A DNA stretch of 64,000 bases from the human T2T-CHM13v2.0 reference genome, Homo sapiens. Under the pieces are notes generated by a model. It ran no database searches. It was given only the letters and a program-made list of their open reading frames with translations, and was not told the origin of the DNA. Position 1 is the first letter of the stretch. Each line of letters starts with the position of its first letter. Positions 53,301-64,000 of this stretch are shown in pieces. Both the position numbers and the translations under genes were made by a program. Location of the stretch: the NCBI RefSeq assembly GCF_009914755.1, contig NC_060946.1; one strand, written 5' to 3'.

Positions 53301-54129
53301 TGAGAATGCTTCTGTCGAGAATTTATATGAAGATATTCCCGTTTCCAACGAAATCCTGAAATCTCTCCAAATATCCCCTCGCAGATTCTACAAAAAGAGT
53401 GTTTCAAAACTGCTCTGTAAAAAGAAAGGTTCAACTCTGTTAGTTGAGTACACATATCACAAACAAGTTTCACAGAATGCTTCTTTCTATGTTGTAGGGG
53501 AAGATATTCCCTTTATCACCATGGGCCTCAAACCGTCCGAAACGTCCACTTCCATATACTACAAAAAGAGCGTTTCAAACCTGCTCTAGGAAAGGCAATG
53601 TTGAACTCTGTGACTTGAATGCAGACATCACAGAGCAGTTTCTGAGATTGCTTCTGTCTAGATTTTATAGGAAGATATTCCCGTTTCCAACGAAATCTTC
53701 ACAGCTATCCCAATATAAACTTGCAGATTCTACAAAAAGAGTGTATCAAAACTGCTCTGTCAAAAGGAAGGTTCTTCTCTGTTAGGTGAGTGCATACGTC
53801 ATAAAAGAGTTTCTGAGAATGTTTCTGTCTAGTGGTTATGGGAAGATATTTGCTTTTTCACCGAAGGCCTCAGAGCGCTCCAAATATCCACTTGCACATA
53901 GTACAAAAAGTGTGCCTCAAAGCTGCTCTCTGAAACGGAATGTTCAACTCTATGAGTTGAATGCAAACATCACAACGACGTTTCTGAGAATGCTTCTGTC
54001 TAGATTTGATATGAAGATATTCCCGTTACCAACGAAATATTCAAATCTATCCAAATGTCCACTTGCAGATTCAACAAAAAGTGTTTTTCAGAACTGCTCT
54101 ATCAAAAGAAAGATCCACCTCTGTTAGCT

Positions 54130-57100
54130 GAGTTCACACATCACAAACAAGTTTATGAGAATGCTTCTGTCTAGTTTTTATTTGAAGATATTTCCTTTCT
54201 CACCATAGACCTGAAAGCTGTCCTAATGTTCACTTCCAGATACTACATAAAGAGTGTTTCAACACTGCTGTACGAAAGGGAATGTTCAACTCTGTGACTT
54301 GAATGCACACATCACAAAGAAGTTTCTGAGGATGCTGCTGTCTACTTTTTATACGTAATCCCGTTTCCAACGAAATCCTCCAAGCTATCCAAATATCCAC
54401 TTGCAGATTCCACAGAAAGACTGTTTCAAAACTGCTCTGTCAATAGAAAGGTTCAACTCTGTTAGCTGCGTGCATATATCCCAAAGAAGATTCTGAGATT
54501 GCTTCTGTCTAGTTTTTATGGGAAGATATTTCCCTTTTCACCGTAGGCGTCAAGGCGCTCCAAATGTCCACTTCCAGATACTACAAAAAGAGTGTTTCAA
54601 ACCTACTCTGTGAAAGGGAATATTCAACTCTGTGACTTGAATGCAGATATCCAAAGAAGTTTCTGAGAATGCTTCTGTCGAGATTTTATATGAAGATATT
54701 CCCGGTTCCAACGAAATCCTGAAATCTCTCCAAATATCCCCTCGCAGATTCTACAAAAAGAGTGTTTCAAAACTGCTCTGTAAAAAGAAAGGTTCAACTC
54801 TGTTAGTTGAGTACACACATCACAAACAAGTTTCACAGAATGCTTCTTTCTAGCTTGTAGGGGAAGATATTCCCTTTATCACCATGGTCCTCAAACCGTC
54901 CGAAACGTCCACTTCCATATTCTACAAAAAGGGCGTCTCAAACCTGCTCTAGGAAAGGCAATGTTCAACTCTGTGACTTGAATGCAGACATCACAGAGCA
55001 GTTTCTGAGAATGCTTCTGTCTAGATTTTATAGGAAGATATTCCCGTTTCCAACGAAATCTTCACAGCTATCCAAATATCCACTTGCAGATTCTACAAAA
55101 AGAGTGTATCAAAACTGCTCTGTCAAAAGGAAGGTTCTTCTCTGTTAGGTGAGTGCATACGTCATAAAGGAGTTTCTGCGAATGTTTCTGTCTAGTGGTT
55201 ATGGGAAGATATTTGCTTTTTCACCGTAGGCCTCAGAGCGCTCCAAATATCCACTTGCACATACTACAAAAAGAGTGCCTCAAAGCTGCTCTCTGAAACG
55301 GAATGTTCAACTCTATGAGTTGAATGCAAACATCGCAAAGACGTTTCTGAGAATGCTTCTGTCTAGATTTGATATGAAGATATTCCCGTTTCCAACGAAA
55401 TCTTCAAATCTATCCAAATGTCCACTTGCAGATTCAACAAAAAGTGTTTTTCAGAACTGCTCTATCAAAAGAAAGATCCACCTCTGTTAGCTGAGTTCAC
55501 ACATCACAAACAAGTTTATGAGAATGCTTCTGTCTAGTTTTTATTTGAAGATATTTCCTTTCTCACCATAGAGCTGAAAGCTGTCCTAATGTTCACTTCC
55601 AGATACTACAGAAAGAGTGTTTCAAAACTGCTGTACGAAAGGGAATGTTCAACTCTGTGACTTGAATGCACACATCACAAAGAAGTTTCTGAGGATGCTG
55701 CTGTCTACTTTTTATACGTAATCCCGTTTCCAACGAAATCCTCCAAGCTATCCAAATATCCACTTGCAGATTTCACAGAAAGACTGTTTCAAAACTGCTC
55801 TGTCAATAGAAAGGTTCAACTCTGTTAGCTGCGTGCATATATCCCAAAGAAGATTCTCAGATTGCTTCTGTCTAGTTTTTATGTGAAGATATTTCCCTTT
55901 TCACCGTAGGCGTCAAGGCGCTCCAAATGTCCACTTCCAGATACTACAAAAAGAGTGTTTCACACCTACTCTGTGAAAGGGAATATTCAACTCTGTGACT
56001 TGAATGCACATATCACAAAGAAGTTTCTGAGAATGCTTCTGTCGAGATTTTATATGAAGATATTCCCGTTTCCAACGAAATCCTGAAATCTATCCAAATA
56101 TCCCCTCGCAGATTCTACAAAAAGAGTGGTTCAAAACTGCTCTGTAAAACGAAAGGTTCAACTCTGTTAGTTGAGTACACACATCACAAACAAGTTTCAC
56201 AGAATGCTTCTTTCTAGCTTGTAGGGGAAGATATTCCCTTTATCACCATGGGCCTCAAACCGTCCGAAACGTCCACTTCCATATACTACAAAAAGAGCGT
56301 TTCAAACCTGCTCTATGAAAGGCAATGTTCAACTCTGTGACTTGAATGCAGACATCACAGAGCAGTTTCTGAGAATGCTTCTGTCTAGATTTTATAGGAA
56401 GATATTCCCGTTTCCAACGAAATCTTCACAGCTATCCCAATATCCACTTGCAGATTCTACAAAAAGAGTGTATCAAAACTGCTCTGTCAAAAGGAAGGTT
56501 CTTCTCTGTTAGGTGAGTGCATACGTCATAAAGGAGTTTCTGAGAATGTTTCTGTCTAGTGGTTATGGGAAGATATTTGCTTTTTCACCGAAGGCCTCAG
56601 AGCGCTCCAAATATCCACTTGCACATACTACAAAATGAGTGCCTCAAAGCTGCTCTCTGAAACGGAATGTTCAACTCTATGAGTTGAATGCAAACATCAC
56701 AAAGACGTTTCCGAGAATGCTTCTGTCTAGATTTGATATGAAGATATTCCCGTTTCCAACGAAATCTTCAAATCTATCCAAATGTCCATTTGCAGATTCA
56801 ACAAAAAGTGTTTTTCAGAACTGCTCTATCAAAAGAAAGATCCATCTCTGTTAGCTGAGTTCACACATCACAAACAAGTTTATGAGAATGCTTCTGTCTA
56901 GTTTTTATTTGAAGATATTTCCTTTCTCACCATAGAGCTGAAAGCTGTCCTAATGTTCACTTCCAGATACTACAGAAAGAGTGTTTCAAAACTGCTGTAC
57001 GAAAGGGAATGTTCAACTCTGTGACTTGAATGCACACATCACAAAGAAGTTTCTGAGGATGCTGCTGTCTACTTTTTATACGTAATCCCGTTTCCAACGA

Positions 57101-60100
57101 AATCCTCCAAGCTATCCAAATATCCACTTGCAGATTCCACAGAAAGACTGTTTCAAAACTGCTCTGTCAATAGAAAGGTTCAACTCTGTTAACTGCGTGC
57201 ATATATCCCAAAGAAGATTCTGAGATTGCTTCTGTCTAGTTTTTATGGGAAGATATTTCCCTTTTCACCGTAGGCGTCAAGGCGCTCCAAATGTCCACTT
57301 CCAGATACTACAAAAAGAGTGTTTCAAACCTACTCTGTGAAAGGGAATATTCAACTCTGTGACTTGAATGCACATATCACAAAGAAGTTTCTGAGAATGC
57401 TTCTGTCGAGATTTTATATGAAGATATTCCCGTTTCCAACGGAATCCTGAAATCTATCCAAATATCCCCTCGCAGATTCTACAAAAAGAGTGTTTCAAAA
57501 CTGCTCTGTAAAAAGAAAGGTTCAACTCTGTTAGATGAGTACACACATCACAAACAAGTTTCACAGAATGCTTCTTTCTAGCTTGTAGGGGAAGATATTC
57601 CCTTTATCACCATGGGCCTCAAACCGTCCGAAACGTCCACTTCCATATACTACAAAAAGAGCGTTTCAAACCTGCTCTAGGAAAGGCAATGTTCAACTCT
57701 GTGACTTGAAAGCAGACATCACAGAGCAGTTTCTGAGAATGCTTCTGTCTAGATTTTATAGGAAGATATTCCCGTTTCCAACGAAATCTTCACAGCTATC
57801 CAAATATCCACTTGCAGATTCTACAAAAAGAGTGTATCAAAACTGCTCTGTCAAAAGGAAGGTTCTTCTCTGTTAGGTGAGTGCATACGTCATAAAGGAG
57901 TTTCTGAGAATGTTTCTGTCTAGTGGTTATGGGAAGATATTTGCTTTTTCACCGTAGGCCTCACAGCGCTCCAAATATCCACTTGCACATACTACAAAAA
58001 GAGTGCTTCAAAGCTGCTCTCTGAAACGGAATGTTCAACTCTATGAGTTGAATGCAAACATCACAAAGAGGTTTCTGAGAATGCTTCTGTCTAGATTTGA
58101 TATGAAGATATTCCCGTTTCCAACGAAATCTTCAAATCTATCCAAATGTCCACTTGCAGATTCAACAAAAAGTGTTTTTCCGAACTGCTCTATCAAAAGA
58201 AAGATCCATCTCTGTTAGCTGAGTTCACACATCACAAACAAGTTTATGAGAATGCTTCTGTCTAGTTTTTATTTGAAGATATTTCCTTTCTCACCATAGA
58301 CCTGAAAGCTGTCCTAATGTTCACTTCCAGATACTACATAAAGAGTGTTTCAACACTGCTGTACGAAAGGGAATGTTCAACTCTGTGACTTGAATGCACA
58401 CATCACAAAGAAGTTTCTGAGGATGCTGCTGTCTACTTTTTATACGTAATCCCGTTTCCAACGAAATCCTCCAAGCTATCCAAATATCCACTTGCAGATT
58501 CCACAGAAAGACTGTTTCAAAACTGCTCTGTCAATAGAAAGGTTCAACTCTGTTAGCTGCGTGCATATATCCCAAAGAAGATTCTGAGATTGCTTCTGTC
58601 TAGTTTTTATGGGAAGATATTTCCCTTTTCACCGTAGGCGTCAAGGCGCTCCAAATGTCCACTTCCAGATACTACAAAAAGAGTGTTTCAAACCTACTCT
58701 GTGAAAGGGAATATTCAACTCTGTGACTTGAATGCAGATATCCAAAGAAGTTTCTGAGAATGCTTCTGTCGAGATTTTATATGAAGATATTCCCGGTTCC
58801 AACGAAATCCTGAAATCTCTCCAAATATCCCCTCGCAGATTCTACAAAAAGAGTGTTTCAAAACTGCTCTGTAAAAAGAAAGGTTCAACTCTGTTAGTTG
58901 AGTACACACATCACAAACAAGTTTCACAGAATGCTTCTTTCTAGCTTGTAGGGGAAGATATTCCCTTTATCACCATGGTCCTCAAACCGTCCGAAACGTC
59001 CACTTCCATATTCTACAAAAAGGGCGTCTCAAACCTGCTCTAGGAAAGGCAATGTTCAACTCTGTGACTTGAATGCAGACATCACAGAGCAGTTTCTGAG
59101 AATGCTTCTGTCTAGATTTTATAGGAAGATATTCCCGTTTCCAACGAAATCTTCACAGCTATCCAAATATCCACTTGCAGATTCTACAAAAAGAGTGTAT
59201 CAAAACTGCTCTGTCAAAAGGAAGGTTCTTCTCTGTTAGGTGAGTGCATACGTCATAAAGGAGTTTCTGCGAATGTTTCTGTCTAGTGGTTATGGGAAGA
59301 TATTTGCTTTTTCACCGTAGGCCTCAGAGCGCTCCAAATATCCACTTGCACATACTACAAAAAGAGTGCCTCAAAGCTGCTCTCTGAAACGGAATGTTCA
59401 ACTCTATGAGTTGAATGCAAACATCGCAAAGACGTTTCTGAGAATGCTTCTGTCTAGATTTGATATGAAGATATTCCCGTTTCCAACGAAATCTTCAAAT
59501 CTATCCAAATGTCCACTTGCAGATTCAACAAAAAGTGTTTTTCAGAACTGTTCTATCAAAAGAAAGATCCACCTCTGTTAGCTGAGTTCACACATCACAA
59601 ACAAGTTTATGAGAATGCTTCTGTCTAGTTTTTATTTGAAGATATTTCCTTTCTCACCATAGAGCTGAAAGCTGTCCTAATGTTCACTTCCAGATACTAC
59701 AGAAAGAGTGTTTCAAAACTGCTGTACGAAAGGGAATGTTCAACTCTGTGACTTGAATGCACACATCACAAAGAAGTTTCTGAGGATGCTGCTGTCTACT
59801 TTTTATACGTAATCCCGTTTCCAACGAAATCCTCCAAGCTATCCAAATATCCACTTGCAGATTCCACAGAAAGACTGTTTCAAAACTGCTCTGTCAATAG
59901 AAAGGTTCAACTCTGTTAGCTGCGTGCATATATCCCAAAGAAGATTCTGAGATTGCTTCTGTCTAGTTTTTATGTGAAGATATTTCCCTTTTCACCGTAG
60001 GCGTCAAGGCGCTCCAAATGTCCACTTCCAGATACTACAAAAAGAGTGTTTCACACCTACTCTGTGAAAGGGAATATTCAACTCTGTGACTTGAATGCAC

Positions 60101-62420
60101 ATATCACAAAGAAGTTTCTGAGAATGCTTCTGTCGAGATTTTATATGAAGATATTCCCGTTTCCAACGAAATCCTGAAATCTATCCAAATATCCCCTCGC
60201 AGATTCTACAAAAAGAGTGGTTCAAAACTGCTCTGTAAAACGAAAGGTTCAACTCTGTTAGTTGAGTACACACATCACAAACAAGTTTCACAGAATGCTT
60301 CTTTCTAGCTTGTAGGGGAAGATATTCCCTTTATCACCATGGGCCTCAAACCGTCCGAAACGTCCACTTCCATATACTACAAAAAGAGCGTTTCAAACCT
60401 GCTCTATGAAAGGCAATGTTCAACTCTGTGACTTGAATGCAGACATCACAGAGCAGTTTCTGAGAATGCTTCTGTCTAGATTTTATAGGAAGATATTCCC
60501 GTTTCCAACGAAATCTTCACAGCTATCCCAATATCCACTTGCAGATTCTACAAAAAGAGTGTATCAAAACTGCTCTGTCAAAAGGAAGGTTCTTCTCTGT
60601 TAGGTGAGTGCATACGTCATAAAGGAGTTTCTGAGAATGTTTCTGTCTAGTGGTTATGGGAAGATATTTGCTTTTTCACCGAAGGCCTCAGAGCGCTCCA
60701 AATATCCACTTGCACATACTACAAAATGAGTGCCTCAAAGCTGCTCTCTGAAACGGAATGTTCAACTCTATGAGTTGAATGCAAACATCACAAAGACGTT
60801 TCCGAGAATGCTTCTGTCTAGATTTGATATGAAGATATTCCCGTTTCCAACGAAATCTTCAAATCTATCCAAATGTCCATTTGCAGATTCAACAAAAAGT
60901 GTTTTTCAGAACTGCTCTATCAAAAGAAAGATCCATCTCTGTTAGCTGAGTTCACACATCACAAACAAGTTTATGAGAATGCTTCTGTCTAGTTTTTATT
61001 TGAAGATATTTCCTTTCTCACCATAGAGCTGAAAGCTGTCCTAATGTTCACTTCCAGATACTACAGAAAGAGTGTTTCAAAACTGCTGTACGAAAGGGAA
61101 TGTTCAACTCTGTGACTTGAATGCACACATCACAAAGAAGTTTCTGAGGATGCTGCTGTCTACTTTTTATACGTAATCCCGTTTCCAACGAAATCCTCCA
61201 AGCTATCCAAATATCCACTTGCAGATTCCACAGAAAGACTGTTTCAAAACTGCTCTGTCAATAGAAAGGTTCAACTCTGTTAACTGCGTGCATATATCCC
61301 AAAGAAGATTCTGAGATTGCTTCTGTCTAGTTTTTATGGGAAGATATTTCCCTTTTCACCGTAGGCGTCAAGGCGCTCCAAATGTCCACTTCCAGATACT
61401 ACAAAAAGAGTGTTTCAAACCTACTCTGTGAAAGGGAATATTCAACTCTGTGACTTGAATGCACATATCACAAAGAAGTTTCTGAGAATGCTTCTGTCGA
61501 GATTTTATATGAAGATATTCCCGTTTCCAACGGAATCCTGAAATCTATCCAAATATCCCCTCGCAGATTCTACAAAAAGAGTGTTTCAAAACTGCTCTGT
61601 AAAAAGAAAGGTTCAACTCTGTTAGTTGAGTACACACATCACAAACAAGTTTCACAGAATGCTTCTTTCTAGCTTGTAGGGGAAGATATTCCCTTTATCA
61701 CCATGGGCCTCAAACCGTCCGAAACGTCCACTTCCATATACTACAAAAAGAGCGTTTCAAACCTGCTCTAGGAAAGGCAATGTTCAACTCTGTGACTTGA
61801 ATGCAGACATCACAGAGCAGTTTCTGAGAATGCTTCTGTCTAGATTTTATAGGAAGATATTCCCGTTTCCAACGAAATCTTCACAGCTATCCAAATATCC
61901 ACTTGCAGATTCTACAAAAAGAGTGTATCAAAACTGCTCTGTCAAAAGGAAGGTTCTTCTCTGTTAGGTGAGTGCATACGTCATAAAGGAGTTTCTGAGA
62001 ATGTTTCTGTCTAGTGGTTATGGGAAGATATTTGCTTTTTCACCGTAGGCCTCACAGCGCTCCAAATATCCACTTGCACATACTACAAAAAGAGTGCTTC
62101 AAAGCTGCTCTCTGAAACGGAATGTTCAACTCTATGAGTTGAATGCAAACATCACAAAGAGGTTTCCGAGAATGCTTCTGTCTAGATTTGATATGAAGAT
62201 ATTCCCGTTTCCAACGAAATCTTCAAATCTATCCAAATGTCCACTTGCAGATTCAACAAAAAGTGTTTTTCCGAACTGCTCTATCAAAAGAAAGATCCAT
62301 CTCTGTTAGCTGAGTTCACACATCACAAACAAGTTTATGAGAATGCTTCTGTCTAGTTTTTATTTGAAGATATTTCCTTTCTCACCATAGACCTGAAAGC
62401 TGTCCTAATGTTCACTTCCA
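54130..62420. repeat. 4091-bp super-repeat (three 8-mers minus 1 bp), 2 tandem copies
   Basis: 1-bp deletion gcagatatccaaag at ~54650 and ~58741; cccggttcc, catggtcc, gggcgtctc, tttctgcgaa, atgtgaag, cacacctac and gtggttc all recur at +4091. Confidence 0.92.
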
Positions 62421-64000
62421 GATACTACAGAAAGAGTGTTTCAAAACTGCTGTACGAAAGGTAATGTTCAACTCTGTGACTTGAATGCACACATCACAAA
62501 GAAGTTTCTGAGGATGCTGCTGTCTACTTTTTATACGTAATCCCGTTTCCAACGAAATCCTCCAATCTATCCAAATATCCACTTGCAGATTCCACAGAAA
62601 GACTGTTTCAAATCTACTCTGTCAACAGAAAGATTCAACTCTGTTAGCTGCGTGCATATATCCCAAAGAAGATTCTGAGATTGCTTCTGTCTAGTTTTTA
62701 TGGGAAGATATTTCCCTTTTCACCGTAGGCGTCAAGACGCTCCAAATGTCCACTTCCAGATACTACAAAAAGAGTGTTTCAAACCTACTCTGTGAAAGGG
62801 AATATTCAACTCTGTGACTTGAATACACATATCACAAAGAAGTTTCTGAGAATGCTTCTGTCGAGATTTTATATGAAGATATTCCCGTTTCCAACGAAAT
62901 CCTGAAATCTCTCCAAATATCCCCTCGCAGATTCTACAAAAAGAGTGTTTCAAAACTGCTCTGTAAAAAGAAAGGTTCAACTCTGTTACTTGAGTACACA
63001 CATCACAAACAAGTTTCACAGAATGCTTCTTTCTAGCTTGTAGGGGAAGATATTCCCTTTATCACCATGGGCCTCAAACCGTCCGAAACTTCCACTTCCA
63101 TATACTACAAAAAGAGCGTTTCAAACCTGCTCTATGAAAGGCAATGTTCAACTCTGTGACTTGAATGCAGACATCACAGAGCAGTTTCTGAGAATGCTTC
63201 TGTCTAGATTTTATAGGAAGATATTCCCGTTTCCAACGAAATCTTCACAGCTATCCAAATATCCACTTGTAGATTCTACAAAAAGAGTGTATCAAAACTG
63301 CTCTGTCAAAAGGAAGGTTCTTCTCTGTTAGGTGAGTGCATACGTCATAAAGGAGTTTCTGCGAATGTTTCTGTCTAGTGGTTATGGGAAGATATTTGCT
63401 TTTTCACCGTAGGCCTCAGAGCGCTCCAAATATCCACTTGCACATACTACAAAAAGAGTGCCTCAAAGCTGCTCTCTGAAACGGAATGTTCAACTCTATG
63501 AGTTGAATGCAAACATCGCAAAGACGTTTCTGAGAATGCTTCTGTCTAGATTTGATATGAAGATATTCCCGTTTCCAACGAAATCTTCAAATCTATCCAA
63601 ATGTCCACTTGCAGATTCAACAAAAAGTGTTTTTCAGAACTGTTCTATCAAAAGAAAGATCCACCTCTGTTAGCTGAGTTCACACATCACAAACAAGTTT
63701 ATGAGAATGCTTCTGTCTAGTTTTTATTTGAAGATATTTCCTTTCTCACCATAGAGCTGAAAGCTGTCCTAATGTTCACTTCCAGATACTACAGAAAGAG
63801 TGTTTCAAAACTGCTGTACGAAAGGGAATGTTCAACTCTGTGACTTGAATGCACACATCACAAAGAAGTTTCTGAGGATGCTGCTGTCTACTTTTTATAC
63901 GTAATCCCGTTTCCAACGAAATCCTCCAAGCTATCCAAATATCCACTTGCAGATTCCACAGAAAGACTGTTTCAAAACTGCTCTGTCAATAGAAAGGTTC

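Larger units (their letters stand above)
1..64000 (-). repeat. Centromeric alpha-satellite HOR array, canonical 8-mer of 1364 bp, dimeric (SF2-like), highly homogeneous live-type array
   Basis: Seen: ~171-bp monomers throughout carrying alphoid hallmarks on the + strand (catcacaaagaagtttctgagaatg = reverse complement of consensus CATTCTCAGAAACTTCTTTGTGATG). The same anchor recurs at 212, 1576, 2598, 3962, 5326 ... 63458, mostly 1364 bp apart. HOR copies differ by only a few SNVs while neighbouring monomers differ substantially. Confidence 0.99.

Noticed and set aside
42938-58807. Box variants gcccgttt (42938), ttccatcgaa (49929), cccggttcc (54700, 58791)
   Set aside because: These changes fall at non-essential positions of the CENP-B box, so they were not counted as disruptions.
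212-63673. Dozens of 65-113 aa ORFs (MPQSCSLK..., MKGNVQL..., MKLVCDV...)
   Set aside because: They are translations of satellite monomers recurring with the HOR period. They are gained or lost by single SNVs, many use GTG/TTG starts, and none resembles a protein family I recognise. Used only as positional anchors.
1-64000. CRISPR-like regular repeat/spacer pattern or a prokaryotic system
   Set aside because: The intervening sequences are themselves homologous monomers rather than unique spacers, and there are no cas-like or other genes.
1-64000. Transposon insertion or inversion
   Set aside because: Anchor intervals sum exactly (40x1364 - 2 + 7x1022 - 1 + 1535 = 63246), leaving no room for inserts, and all boxes are on one strand.
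1-64000. Locating the kinetochore/CENP-A domain or a definite chromosome
   Set aside because: This needs methylation or chromatin data and alignment to reference HORs; it cannot be determined from this sequence by eye.

Overview
The whole 64 kb window is one uninterrupted, single-orientation primate (almost certainly human) centromeric alpha-satellite higher-order-repeat (HOR) array. It contains no genes, transposon insertions or inversions that I could see. The canonical unit is a 1364-bp 8-mer (7x171 + 1x167 bp) with a CENP-B box in every second monomer, an SF2-like dimeric organisation. The best guess for identity is the chr14/22 live array (D14Z9/D22Z1, alphaXT). Using one recurring anchor (49 copies, 212..63458), the 48 complete HOR intervals resolve exactly into 40 8-mers (two with a 1-bp deletion), seven 6-mer deletion variants and one 9-mer. 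All listed ORFs are repeat artefacts. I found no new gene system. The interesting signal is nested structure: HOR-of-HOR periods of 6478, 2728 and 4091 bp, dispersed duplicated blocks, a locally divergent HOR, an apparent conversion patch, an odd-register 9-mer with adjacent CENP-B boxes, and heritable CENP-B-box-disrupting variants. Variant calls were read by eye, so counts and block edges are approximate.
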